Shown: positions 27,991 to 37,253 of the stretch, one piece after another
How positions within the stretch are numbered: the stretch's first letter is position 1
Layout: every line of letters begins with the position of its first letter
IMG/VR virus record: IMGVR_UViG_3300017991_000048
Location: 124,001-188,000 of that record
Reading direction: 5' to 3' (one strand)
Length of the DNA: 64,000 bases
Program-made: the position numbers and the translations under genes
Notes under the pieces: generated by a model
What the model was told of the DNA's origin: nothing
The model's input: only the letters and a program-made list of their open reading frames with translations
Database searches by the model: none

Positions 27991-28001
27991 GTATTACACC
28001 G
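27991..28001 (-). promoter_or_regulatory. putative phage promoter CGGTGTAATAC
   Basis: 6 nt before ATG 27984. Confidence 0.65.
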
Positions 28002-28021
28002 ATTCGAAGCTAAATCCAGAA

Positions 28022-28480
28022 CTATCTGAGAGGAAACTTCTTAGGTTTACGGACTTTCCTGAAACGGGTCTGCCGAACTTTGGGCCTGTACCCTCTTGAA
28101 ATTGGCTCCACGGTCATATCGAACTTCTTAGCAACCTGGGCCAACTCCGCCAAAGCCGTCCTCTCTGCTGTATCAACAGAGCCACCCTCGTCTACCGGGA
28201 CTTGCAGGTCCACCCGTGTTTCTGTGCGTAGGCCCTTTTCCTCATCAATCCGTGTCAGAAGACCCGATGATTGATGTCCGGTTACTTTCAAAAATATATC
28301 GTGGATCTCTCCGTCGTCGCCTATCACTGGCACAATGGTGCGATTGATAGCCCGAATAACATCGATGTTGAAAGGAATGAGCTTGCGCCCTTCCGCAAAT
28401 AAGACGCTCATCCTATCTACAGCATAGCTGAAGCCAGCAGTTTTGAGATAACGAGAAACAATCTGTTCTGCTGTTTTCAT
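28022..28480 (-). CDS. hypothetical protein with N-terminal QIVSRY tag
   Basis: GAGGA SD before ATG 28480: MKTAEQIVSRYLKTA. Confidence 0.6.
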   Translation of the reverse strand: MKTAEQIVSRYLKTAGFSYAVDRMSVLFAEGRKLIPFNIDVIRAINRTIVPVIGDDGEIHDIFLKVTGHQSSGLLTRIDEEKGLRTETRVDLQVPVDEGGSVDTAERTALAELAQVAKKFDMTVEPISRGYRPKVRQTRFRKVRKPKKFPLR

Positions 28481-28487
28481 AGTATCC

Positions 28488-29303
28488 TCAACGCCACACT
28501 GAGAAATGAGTGTCATATCCGATCTTGTTTTTCTTCAGCCACTCGTCAAACTTGGACCAACTCACATTTTTAAGAACTGTAGGATCGGCGTTTACTATTT
28601 TATAGAGCTTACGGGCTGCTGTTGGCGATGTTGACCCGTAATAAGTATAGTGAGGATCGGCCTGTTGGAAATCGGAACTAGGGCTATACGCTTTGAAGCC
28701 GGTCCACTTGGACATAAAGCTAAAGTCTTTGCCCTCAACTTCTATGGGATCTACATCCTCTGGGACTATGTTAAGATAAAACTCTGTTCTTTCGTGCCAA
28801 TCTTCTTTGCGAAGCCACTCTACATTTTCCTCTGAAACCCCTTTCTCAACACATCTGTCAGCCGCTTTTTCATAAGCGTCCAAAATCTTCTTTTTGATCC
28901 TTTCGTAGTTATCAGAGGAACTCAACTTTGCATCTCGAAGTATGTTTGAAGCGATGAAAGGATCAAACTCACCCATACCTCGACTACTGGGGTTCATCAA
29001 ATCCGCTACTTTGAGCTTTTTCTTACCTTTCTGGGGGAGTTCTTCTAAGAGCCATGTAGTTCTGCTCCAACGTAAGCGAGCATCACGACCCATAAACTTG
29101 CCATCCCAGTCATCCCAACGTCCAGTTCTCCCCTGGAAACGGGCCACAACTCGTTCAGCAGCCTCTTTGAACCGGTCCTTGTTCTTCTGATGCTCTTCGC
29201 GCCACTTCTTGGCGTCTTCAGGACTCATGTTTTCAGTGGGATCAGCGGGTTTACCCTCTTCAAACCGTGAAACTACATCTTCGCTTCGTTGCTCCGTCGC
29301 CAT
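28488..29303 (-). CDS. hypothetical protein with two RF tags
   Basis: AGGAG SD; SEDVVSRFEE and AERVVARFQG. Confidence 0.6.
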   Translation of the reverse strand: MATEQRSEDVVSRFEEGKPADPTENMSPEDAKKWREEHQKNKDRFKEAAERVVARFQGRTGRWDDWDGKFMGRDARLRWSRTTWLLEELPQKGKKKLKVADLMNPSSRGMGEFDPFIASNILRDAKLSSSDNYERIKKKILDAYEKAADRCVEKGVSEENVEWLRKEDWHERTEFYLNIVPEDVDPIEVEGKDFSFMSKWTGFKAYSPSSDFQQADPHYTYYGSTSPTAARKLYKIVNADPTVLKNVSWSKFDEWLKKNKIGYDTHFSVWR

Positions 29304-29316
29304 TATTGACTCCTAT

Positions 29317-30732
29317 CTAAGGCTGTCCCAAAAGTCCTTCAACCATCTTTACTGTTTTTTGATGCCGTCGTTTATCCCAATCTGAGAACTCTTCCGCAGA
29401 GAACTGCTTATCCGGATCAACGATAAACCAGTCAGGATGTATTTCCAGACCACCGGGTTGAGCATCAGCATCCCACCCCTTGGGAAGCAAGTCTCCCACT
29501 TCCCTGGCAATCTGGTTTAGAATAGAAGGGCTGGCTCCTTCGACTTCGATAAACGATCCGGGCCACTCTGAGCCAGCAGGGGTAAAAAGTGTGTCTCTCT
29601 TTATAACACCCCAAACCTTCGTGCTGTACGCAGCCTGACTGAAATCCTTGGTAAGCTGTTCCAGTTTCTTGGTAACAGCGGGAGTCCTACCCAAGCCCCT
29701 GGAAGCTTCACTCATTAGATCACACAAGGTTTCGAGGCTCTTGTACGCTTTGCCTGTATCTTTGGCATTTGTGGCTTTGAGCAGATCCTTTGCGTGACCG
29801 GGCATGTTCCTGGCAGCAAAAGACACAAGGTTCCAAACGACCTCTTTTGCGGTCTTCTGTTGCTCTTCATATCTCCTAACAACTGAAACAGCGGTGGTCA
29901 TATTCGCCTTCTTACTTACAGAACGCATAAGTTCTGACACAAGTTTAGCCTGCTCTGGCGCGTGTTTATGAAAACCTTTGGCGTCTCCTGTAAGTAACTC
30001 CACAAACGCTTCTGCAAATTGCTCACTGTGGTTCCCGGCAGGGTACATTGAAGCTGCGGGTTGATCGAAGCCCCACCCGTCCTTGTGCATCCAACCTTCC
30101 GGTGCCTTTTCTTCCAGGGCATGTCCAATTTCATGCAATAAGACCATCTCATTAGCGTATTCAGGCTCTCGCACCTGGATCTTTTTGAGCTTTGAGTTGT
30201 AGTCGGCTGTCCCTCTGGTTTCGCTCTTGTCGGTGGAAACAATGCCCTTGATGAGCTTTGCGTCTATCAAACCTTGCACCACTGGAAACTTCTTAGCCAG
30301 CCCTCCGAGAAGTTTCCCTATAGGTTCCAAGCCCTTACTGGTTTCGACGGGACTCTTGGCAGCGGGTTTGACTTGTAGCTCCTCACCCGCATGTAGAGCG
30401 CCTTTAAAAGCCAGACTCTTTTCCTTTTCCCACTCCTTTTTGGAACGTTCTCGCTCTTTTTCTTTCTGGCCACGGGTGATCTCGGCTTTGAGTTGATCAG
30501 CTTGATCAGGGCTAAGCTCAAAGCTTTTCATATATTCTCGCCACTTCTCAGGGCTGACTGAAACAGCCACATCCTCATACATCTGGAGCGACGTTTTATT
30601 CTCTACCCTTTTCCGCCACTCGCTCAGAAGGGTGCCCTTTTCCCGCTTTTGCTTGACCGTGTGCTTCTTGGGGTCAGCTTTGGGGTGCTCTTTGAAGTAC
30701 TCCCTCCGAGCCTCTTCTGACGGGAACTCCAT
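29317..30732 (-). CDS. zincin-like metallopeptidase-domain multidomain protein with internal RY tag
   Basis: LLHEIGHALE plus NHSEQFAEAF; internal KKANMTTAVSVVRRYEEQQKTA. Confidence 0.65.
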   Translation of the reverse strand: MEFPSEEARREYFKEHPKADPKKHTVKQKREKGTLLSEWRKRVENKTSLQMYEDVAVSVSPEKWREYMKSFELSPDQADQLKAEITRGQKEKERERSKKEWEKEKSLAFKGALHAGEELQVKPAAKSPVETSKGLEPIGKLLGGLAKKFPVVQGLIDAKLIKGIVSTDKSETRGTADYNSKLKKIQVREPEYANEMVLLHEIGHALEEKAPEGWMHKDGWGFDQPAASMYPAGNHSEQFAEAFVELLTGDAKGFHKHAPEQAKLVSELMRSVSKKANMTTAVSVVRRYEEQQKTAKEVVWNLVSFAARNMPGHAKDLLKATNAKDTGKAYKSLETLCDLMSEASRGLGRTPAVTKKLEQLTKDFSQAAYSTKVWGVIKRDTLFTPAGSEWPGSFIEVEGASPSILNQIAREVGDLLPKGWDADAQPGGLEIHPDWFIVDPDKQFSAEEFSDWDKRRHQKTVKMVEGLLGQP

Positions 30733-30735
30733 ACG

Positions 30736-31155
30736 TTACCCGAATATAGCTGTGATGTCGTACTTGTCTAAAGGATCGTCCACCGAACCGGCACCCGCCG
30801 CTGTGATCGTCCCGTAGATGGTGTCAGGACGTCCTCTTTGGTTAGTAAAAGGTATCTCAAATGTCCAGGTTTTGCTTGTGGGCATCTGTTGGCGATGATA
30901 GGGACCAGGGGCGTATTCCCGTGGGATTATATACTCTTCGTCGGTTAGCGTGAAAGGGATACCCTCTTTACGAAGTACATCAAAAATGCGATTAATCCCT
31001 ACCCAACTCTGGTCACTGTAAATGCCACGTGTGTACCTTTGGGTGAGCTTGTAAAGGTAATTGGTAGCCTTTTGTTTCCGCATCCCATCTAATGGGTTTG
31101 GAAGCTCCAGAGCAGCTTTATAACGAGTTACGATTCGGTCAGTTCTTGTGCCCAT
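30736..31155 (-). CDS. hypothetical protein with N-terminal RIVTRY tag
   Basis: MGTRTDRIVTRYKAA from ATG 31155. Confidence 0.6.
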   Translation of the reverse strand: MGTRTDRIVTRYKAALELPNPLDGMRKQKATNYLYKLTQRYTRGIYSDQSWVGINRIFDVLRKEGIPFTLTDEEYIIPREYAPGPYHRQQMPTSKTWTFEIPFTNQRGRPDTIYGTITAAGAGSVDDPLDKYDITAIFG

Positions 31156-31178
31156 GCCTTTATGAAAACACAAAAACT

Positions 31179-32432
31179 CTAGGCATTGCCCTCTGTCGCT
31201 CTCAGTACCAGAGCAGAGCCAGGATTTGTCACCGCTTCTGGTGTAATCTGGATAGTAGAAATATCTGAATTGTCTGGAGCTTCATAGGTGTACGGCTTCA
31301 GTACCTCTTCCATGATGGAACGTAGCGCCCTGGCACCAGTAAGCCGTTCCTTTGCCTTCTTTGCTATGGCCCGTAACGCTTCTGGGTCAAACTGTAGGTC
31401 GATACCATCAAGAGAAAACAGAGCCCGGAACTGCTTACAAATGGCATTCTTGGGCTCAATCAAGATCTGAACAAGCTCATCTTCACTTAGCTCATAAGTG
31501 GACGTAAGAATCGGGAGTCTGCCTACAATCTCAGGAATCAGCCCAAATTCCTCCACGTCCTCAGATGTAATGTTGGAGTAAATGTCCGTCTTATCCCGCT
31601 TGCTAGGTGCGGTTCGGCCAAAGCCCATACCAGTTGACTTATTGAGCCGCCCGTCAACTATTTCCTCAATACCAGCAAACGAACCGGCTGCTATAAACAG
31701 GATGTTTGTCGTATCGATTATGTCTGAGGAGGTCAGACCTGAGACAGCCTTTGTTCCCATGCCCCGTGGAACTGGAACCTTGTGCCCTTCTATGAGCTTG
31801 AGCAGCGCCTGTTGCACACCTTCGCCTGTTACATCCCGATACCCGGAAGGGCTGCGACCGGACTTACGTGCCAGCTTGTCGAACTCATCTAAGAAGATAA
31901 TGCCCCACTCGGCCCGTTCTATATTCTGTTGAGCATCTGCGAACAAACCCTGGAGTATAGCTTCTGGATCATCTCCAACATACCCGGCCTGAGTCAGTCT
32001 GTTACAATCAGCGACATAAAAAGGTACATCTAACATTCTGGCGATTGCTTTAGCAATCAAGGTCTTGCCAGAACCTGAAGGACCGGGGAGTAAGATGTTA
32101 GATTTCTCGATCTCAACTCTCTCGCCCTCTAACATTACACCCCCGCTTTTGCTCACCTCTCTACGCCTGTAATGTTTGTAAATAGCTATGGCCATATCTC
32201 TCTTGGCGTTCTCTTGGCCTATAACGATTTCGTTCAGTAAATCTGTGATTTCACGAGGTTTTTTGAGCGGGACTTCTGTCGCTTCCTGCTTCCGTTCAGT
32301 CTCTTCGATAGCTCTGGAAGTCTCTTCAATACAGCCATTACAGATATGAGTGCCGTCTTTAGCCCCTACAAGGTGCTTGACTTCATTACGGGGTCTTCCG
32401 CAAAAGTTACACTTTCGTGGTTCTTTAGACAT
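31179..32432 (-). CDS. clpX: ATP-dependent Clp protease ATP-binding subunit ClpX
   Basis: C4 Zn finger (CNFC..ICNGC), KSNILLPGPSGSGKT, GYVG pore loop, IIFLDEFDK, RDVTGEGVQQALLK, MGF loop, GARALR. Confidence 0.95.
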   Translation of the reverse strand: MSKEPRKCNFCGRPRNEVKHLVGAKDGTHICNGCIEETSRAIEETERKQEATEVPLKKPREITDLLNEIVIGQENAKRDMAIAIYKHYRRREVSKSGGVMLEGERVEIEKSNILLPGPSGSGKTLIAKAIARMLDVPFYVADCNRLTQAGYVGDDPEAILQGLFADAQQNIERAEWGIIFLDEFDKLARKSGRSPSGYRDVTGEGVQQALLKLIEGHKVPVPRGMGTKAVSGLTSSDIIDTTNILFIAAGSFAGIEEIVDGRLNKSTGMGFGRTAPSKRDKTDIYSNITSEDVEEFGLIPEIVGRLPILTSTYELSEDELVQILIEPKNAICKQFRALFSLDGIDLQFDPEALRAIAKKAKERLTGARALRSIMEEVLKPYTYEAPDNSDISTIQITPEAVTNPGSALVLRATEGNA

Positions 32433-32441
32433 GACCCTAAT

Positions 32442-32452
32442 ATATTACACCG
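32442..32452 (-). promoter_or_regulatory. putative phage promoter CGGTGTAATAT
   Basis: 9 nt before clpX ATG; embedded in inverted repeat ACACCG-N7-CGGTGT (32447-32465). Confidence 0.65.
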
Positions 32453-32488
32453 AAAAAGCCGGTGTCAAGATCATTACATCCGCTTTTA

Positions 32489-33265
32489 TTACACTTCCCC
32501 GAAAACTATACAGTCTTGATCCCAACGTAGTCCTTCGCTCTGCACACGGGCATCAGGGTATATGATACATATCCCGCCGTCTCCAAAGTCGTTGTTAGCT
32601 TCTTTGCCGTATCGGTTAGATACTATGAGCGTCGTGTCGTTCTCTTCCACAAATTCCATCCAAGCAGTAGCTGGAAAAGCACCCCTTCCCCAATTTGTAG
32701 ATAAGGCCACAACATCAGCGTCACCTTTTTCGTAAAAGTCTTTCCAGTCGCTGTTCTTCTTGTCTCGAATATCCCGGCAAAGTAATAAACCAACCTTATA
32801 CTCCTTACCGTCAACCACAATCTTTCTGATTGGAGGGTTGGCTCTGCCAGGAGTGCCCCATAAGAAGTCATTACCAAAGAAATTGATTTTACGAACAAAA
32901 TCAAAAGTACCGTCCGGACAAAGCATTACTTGGGTGTTATAAAGGTTTCCGGTGCCCTGGTCTTTTTCAACCAACCCCCAAACGATGTGCATGTTCCATT
33001 TGGCAGCCAGGACGTAAAAGACGTCCATACTCGAAAGCGTTGTTTTGAGGGGCTTCAGGTTCTTTGGATCGAACTCCGTAAGAACTTCTGACAGGGGCTC
33101 CGCTTCTTCTACATTCATAATTGAGTAGCCGGTGGTGGCAAGCTCTGGCAACACCACGAGCTTAGCTCCCAAATCAGCGGCTTGGTTGATTAAACTGATC
33201 ATCATCGTCAAGTTACCTTTACGGTACTTGAAATGCGGACGGAACTGGATAGCAGCTACTTTCAC
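32489..33265 (-). CDS. carbon-nitrogen hydrolase (nitrilase superfamily)
   Basis: VAAIQF, VVLPELATTGY (Glu), LYNT, RK (Lys), GLLLCRD (Cys), SNRYG. Confidence 0.9.
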   Translation of the reverse strand: MKVAAIQFRPHFKYRKGNLTMMISLINQAADLGAKLVVLPELATTGYSIMNVEEAEPLSEVLTEFDPKNLKPLKTTLSSMDVFYVLAAKWNMHIVWGLVEKDQGTGNLYNTQVMLCPDGTFDFVRKINFFGNDFLWGTPGRANPPIRKIVVDGKEYKVGLLLCRDIRDKKNSDWKDFYEKGDADVVALSTNWGRGAFPATAWMEFVEENDTTLIVSNRYGKEANNDFGDGGICIIYPDARVQSEGLRWDQDCIVFGEV

Positions 33266-33274
33266 AACGCCTCC

Positions 33275-33946
33275 TTACAAGGCTGCTTTCATAGGTGAAA
33301 GTTTAGCTTGTTCCTCTTTGAACTGGAATTTCCAGCGTTTGATCCGGGTTCCAGCGAAGGTTTGCCCCAAACCCATTCTAGGCGTGGCGCACATGGAGGA
33401 TGTTGAGTACTTGCCGCTTCGACCGGGTAACTGGGCTATATAAGCATCCCTTTCCTGGACGATGTGTGCTCGCCATGGTCCCTCCATCAACATGTAACCG
33501 ATTACTGCCTGAATGTCTTCTATGTCAGAACGAAAACGTACAAAAGACGTAGCTCCGATGGAGGGTAAATCCAAGACCTGGAGTTTACGAAACAGAACCC
33601 CGGTTCTTTCAGCAGCTTCCGTAACCAGATAAGCTACGTCTTTATAGTTCTCACCTCTCAAAAGCTGAATGCCGAAATAGGTGCCTAATTTAACATTCGC
33701 TTTTGATCGAATCGGGCTTTGTTTTGGAGGTGGGGGAAAGACAGGTATTGGAGTTTGAGGGATGTTGATGGACGCCATTTTTCTCGGTTTTGGTGGGATA
33801 ATTTCGTTGTTTTTAGGTTCTGACCTACGCAGTCGCCAAATGGTCTTTCTGCTAACGCCAAACTCTTGAGAGAGCTTAGTGTCAGAAGGTTCTTCCGGTA
33901 TCTTAGAAAGAATGCCTTGACGCAATTCGTTACTTAACTTTTGCAT
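33275..33946 (-). CDS. HTH-domain protein
   Basis: N-terminal DTKLSQEFGVSRKTIWRLRR. Confidence 0.6.
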   Translation of the reverse strand: MQKLSNELRQGILSKIPEEPSDTKLSQEFGVSRKTIWRLRRSEPKNNEIIPPKPRKMASINIPQTPIPVFPPPPKQSPIRSKANVKLGTYFGIQLLRGENYKDVAYLVTEAAERTGVLFRKLQVLDLPSIGATSFVRFRSDIEDIQAVIGYMLMEGPWRAHIVQERDAYIAQLPGRSGKYSTSSMCATPRMGLGQTFAGTRIKRWKFQFKEEQAKLSPMKAAL

Positions 33947-33972
33947 CTTTTGGAAAGGGAAACATAAGTAAG

Positions 33973-34176
33973 TTACTTTCCAGTATGCGCCTCAGAACCA
34001 TCAAGTCTGTTCAACGCATCTATACGAATTCCATCTGATTTCAACTGGTTTTTGAAGGTACTAATATCATCCGTTAGAACGGTAAAAACATTAATCCCTG
34101 GCTCAATGAAAATTACATTCGGTTCCTTGTATTGAACCGAAACTTTCGAGAAAGCGCAGATCGAGTAGTAAGGCAT
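33973..34176 (-). CDS. small hypothetical protein
   Basis: 67-aa ORF in operon orientation. Confidence 0.4.
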   Translation of the reverse strand: MPYYSICAFSKVSVQYKEPNVIFIEPGINVFTVLTDDISTFKNQLKSDGIRIDALNRLDGSEAHTGK

Positions 34177-34196
34177 CTACTTACTCACTTTCATAT

Positions 34197-34544
34197 TTAA
34201 ATCAAACGGCCTAGCGTTTCACCTAGATGTTGCCACAGTCGTTGCATTTCTTTTTCCAGGTCTTTAACAGCGCCCCGGAAATTCTTTGACTCCCCGCTTA
34301 TTCCTAAATAGGTCGCTTCAAAATACCCCGTCTTTTTCTCCACCACTATATCATCCATCCTGCCGACCTCTGGATCAGCATAGCCATAAAACACATTCAC
34401 ATCTTTGTCTTTCATCAGGCTGGTACGGACTGGTATGTGCCATAGAGGGTAGTTTGGGTTATCGGACCCTCTTTCCACTCTCAGTTTTTTACCACCGACC
34501 GTAATGGTCTTTGGGATATAACCCCATCGAGTATTCTTTTTCAT
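34197..34544 (-). CDS. hypothetical protein, paralog of 9077..9376
   Basis: IPKTITVGGKK...F.GAVKDLEKEMQRLWQHLG; ATGA overlap. Confidence 0.6.
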   Translation of the reverse strand: MKKNTRWGYIPKTITVGGKKLRVERGSDNPNYPLWHIPVRTSLMKDKDVNVFYGYADPEVGRMDDIVVEKKTGYFEATYLGISGESKNFRGAVKDLEKEMQRLWQHLGETLGRLI

Positions 34545-35689
34545 ATCACTTCTGCCACAAGCTCTGGCCCCGGTACGTCCTTAAGGTTATACACCGAAAG
34601 GGCGATGGGCCTGACATAAAGCGTATACTCAAACTCAGCCGCTACTTCCCATCGGCTCAAGAGTTCACGGGACTGGCAATCATAAGAGTGAGGGTGGACG
34701 TGGATACATGCTACCGGCTTCAGCCAGCTATGGAGTAACACTGTCTTAATGTCTTGTATTGGCAGGACTCTTTGGGATGTGAGGGCCATAGCCACATTCG
34801 GCTCAGCTAACCAAAAGCTATTGGGTAAACTATCCAAGATCGAAGCGTCGATTTGTTCACACCTGGAACACGCCTCTTCCGCCATGATTCGACCAATGCT
34901 CCTGGCCCACTGAGCGGTGATCTGTTGCTTGAGCAATGTGTAAGGATCGTGTCGAAGATTGGATGAGAGAGCGTCTGTAATTGGGGTGGCTACAGTGGCT
35001 CTGTTTTTGAACGTCCCGCATTTTTCATAATCGGTACATTCAGGCAACTCAGGTGTGCAAAAAAGGAACAGGTCAAAGAAGTCCCTCACTATACCGGTTT
35101 CAGGCGGAATGAGTTGATCCAGCTCATCACGCAGCATTTCGACTATCTTTTTACGACCGGAACGTGTCGCTCTCAGGAGCCGGTTATCACCCTCCTGGAT
35201 TTGTAGCTCAGATTGGGGTAGGCGCTCTGCCAGCTTTTGGACAATCTGTTCATCTCGTTTCTTCTCGTGCTGCCACTGGACGATGGTTCCTTCCAAGTGA
35301 GGCTTCAGACGTGGTAGTGGTTGGGCCAGATTCCCGGATTCACGCAGCACAGGCTCAGGCTGGTACATATCGTCGTCTGTGATCTCACAGATAGCCATGC
35401 CTGTTTCACGTGAAACAAGCAATATCTTGTCTCCGTGCTGCATGAATTCATCGGCCAGATACAGGGCCGTTTCCCAAAGGTTCTCAGTCTCTATTACATA
35501 CTCTGGCAGACGCACGTGTAATGCATCCGCCAGTTTTTCTGAGGGCCAACCTTCGGCTTTAGCCTGTTGGAATAGCTTTTGAAGTTCCGGACGAACTCGA
35601 ATGGCTGTCCGGGCAGCCATTAAAGAGTCAGAGGTAGGCTTCGCGAGAGAGTCTACCTCTACCTCAATACGGGCGAGTTCATCGGACAT
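34541..35689 (-). CDS. hypothetical protein
   Basis: 382-aa ORF directly after the AAA gene. Confidence 0.6.
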   Translation of the reverse strand: MSDELARIEVEVDSLAKPTSDSLMAARTAIRVRPELQKLFQQAKAEGWPSEKLADALHVRLPEYVIETENLWETALYLADEFMQHGDKILLVSRETGMAICEITDDDMYQPEPVLRESGNLAQPLPRLKPHLEGTIVQWQHEKKRDEQIVQKLAERLPQSELQIQEGDNRLLRATRSGRKKIVEMLRDELDQLIPPETGIVRDFFDLFLFCTPELPECTDYEKCGTFKNRATVATPITDALSSNLRHDPYTLLKQQITAQWARSIGRIMAEEACSRCEQIDASILDSLPNSFWLAEPNVAMALTSQRVLPIQDIKTVLLHSWLKPVACIHVHPHSYDCQSRELLSRWEVAAEFEYTLYVRPIALSVYNLKDVPGPELVAEVI

Positions 35690-35690
35690 G

Positions 35691-37253
35691 TCATCCTACA
35701 GAGAATTTACGGTCTGACCCATTTGGATCAGCGGCGTATCTGGCTCGTACTCCGTCATCGGCATCAGGATCAAATCCAACCCAATCAAGAGTTTCCTTGA
35801 TTTCATCCTGCATGGTATGAACGATGCGAGGCTTACGTTCCAGTGCTTTCAGGAAAATATCTTCCCCTACGCAATCCAAACCGTCTTCAAAGCTCTCTGT
35901 CATAGACGACTTCAGGCACTGCTCTATCTCCCGGCCCACCATACTTTTGGCAGCTTCCGACAGTTGAGCGAGATTATAATCGGCGGGTTTTTGCCCTCGT
36001 TTCTTCAGATGGATCTTGATAATGTCAATCCTATCTTCAACAGAAGGCAGATCAAAGAACCAACGCTCATCGGCTCTGTTCACCAACTCAACGGGTAACG
36101 TCTTCAGAGAATTAGCGGTCATCGCCAAACAAACAGGTGCTTTGGTTTCCTGCAACCATGTGGACAGGATACCGATCATGCGACTTGTGGTTCCAGCGTC
36201 GGTATGAGACGATGAGTGACCGCCTGCAAAGCTCTTTTCGGCTTCATCAGTCCACACCACACAAGGTGCCACGGACTCAATGATCTTGAGAGCATGATAG
36301 ACGTTGGACTCAGAATCCCCGACTCCTGACTGGCGTAAACTGCCCAGGTCGAACTGAATCAAGGGTAGACCCCAAGCATTACCCAGAGCCTTGATAGACA
36401 ACGATTTACCGGTGCCCCAAACACCAACCGCCAAAACACCACGAGGTGGCTCCAGACCGAACTCACGTCCTTCTGGGCTCCAGGCGGCAGCGGTACGCTG
36501 TGCCCAGGTTTTGAAACGTCCCGCCCCACCGATTTGGTCAAATGTGAAATCTGCGGTATCGATGTATCGGACAAGGGTGGTTTTTTTAAGTTGTTTGAAA
36601 CGGTACTGGGTGAGTACCTTCGGATCGGCGTGTCCTTGGGTTTTCTTGTAGGTTTGAATGAGGGCCGACTGGACTTCAAACGAGGTCAGACCTCTAAAGT
36701 GCGACTCCGGGTTTTCCGGAGCGTCCATTTTCAGGTTTGAACAGGTTTCGTTCACGACCTCTTCGATTTCTTCGACGGTAAGGCCGGTGTCATGGACAAC
36801 TTCAGTGTAACGGGCCAGCTTCTGTGGGACATACTGCATACTGCCCACGCAGATCAGAACCTTAACGGTTCCCACATCATTGTGGACTTGGTGCAGGATA
36901 TTCAGTATACGCCTTTGAACATGGGCATCTTTTAACCACCGCTCCGGGTCAGTGATTACATAAAATTGCCGCTCTTTCGGCGTTTGATCCTTGTAGATAG
37001 TGATCAGGGCATCATGGATACCCTGAGTCTTACCGTCCGTCGAATGCCCCTTGGACTTCCAATCTGATATAAGGTCGGAAAGTGGCACAAGCCCAAAAGC
37101 AGCATTGTAGACTTTGACAAAGGTTACTTTATCCTTCATCGCAGCCTGAAGCTGGACCAGAAAACGATCCTCTTCTTCAGTCACAAAGTAAATCAACCTT
37201 GTGACTGCCCGGAGGTGAAATGCAAGTTCAGGAAACATTATGCCATATGCCAC
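35691..37253 (-). CDS. Ycf46-like AAA+ ATPase
   Basis: N-terminal TEEEDR domain, IGGAGRFKTW, PPRGVLAVGVWGTGKS, VGDSE, APCVVWTDEAEK, TWLQE, MTAN, R.DE.WFFDLP. Confidence 0.88.
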   Translation of the reverse strand: MAYGIMFPELAFHLRAVTRLIYFVTEEEDRFLVQLQAAMKDKVTFVKVYNAAFGLVPLSDLISDWKSKGHSTDGKTQGIHDALITIYKDQTPKERQFYVITDPERWLKDAHVQRRILNILHQVHNDVGTVKVLICVGSMQYVPQKLARYTEVVHDTGLTVEEIEEVVNETCSNLKMDAPENPESHFRGLTSFEVQSALIQTYKKTQGHADPKVLTQYRFKQLKKTTLVRYIDTADFTFDQIGGAGRFKTWAQRTAAAWSPEGREFGLEPPRGVLAVGVWGTGKSLSIKALGNAWGLPLIQFDLGSLRQSGVGDSESNVYHALKIIESVAPCVVWTDEAEKSFAGGHSSSHTDAGTTSRMIGILSTWLQETKAPVCLAMTANSLKTLPVELVNRADERWFFDLPSVEDRIDIIKIHLKKRGQKPADYNLAQLSEAAKSMVGREIEQCLKSSMTESFEDGLDCVGEDIFLKALERKPRIVHTMQDEIKETLDWVGFDPDADDGVRARYAADPNGSDRKFSVG

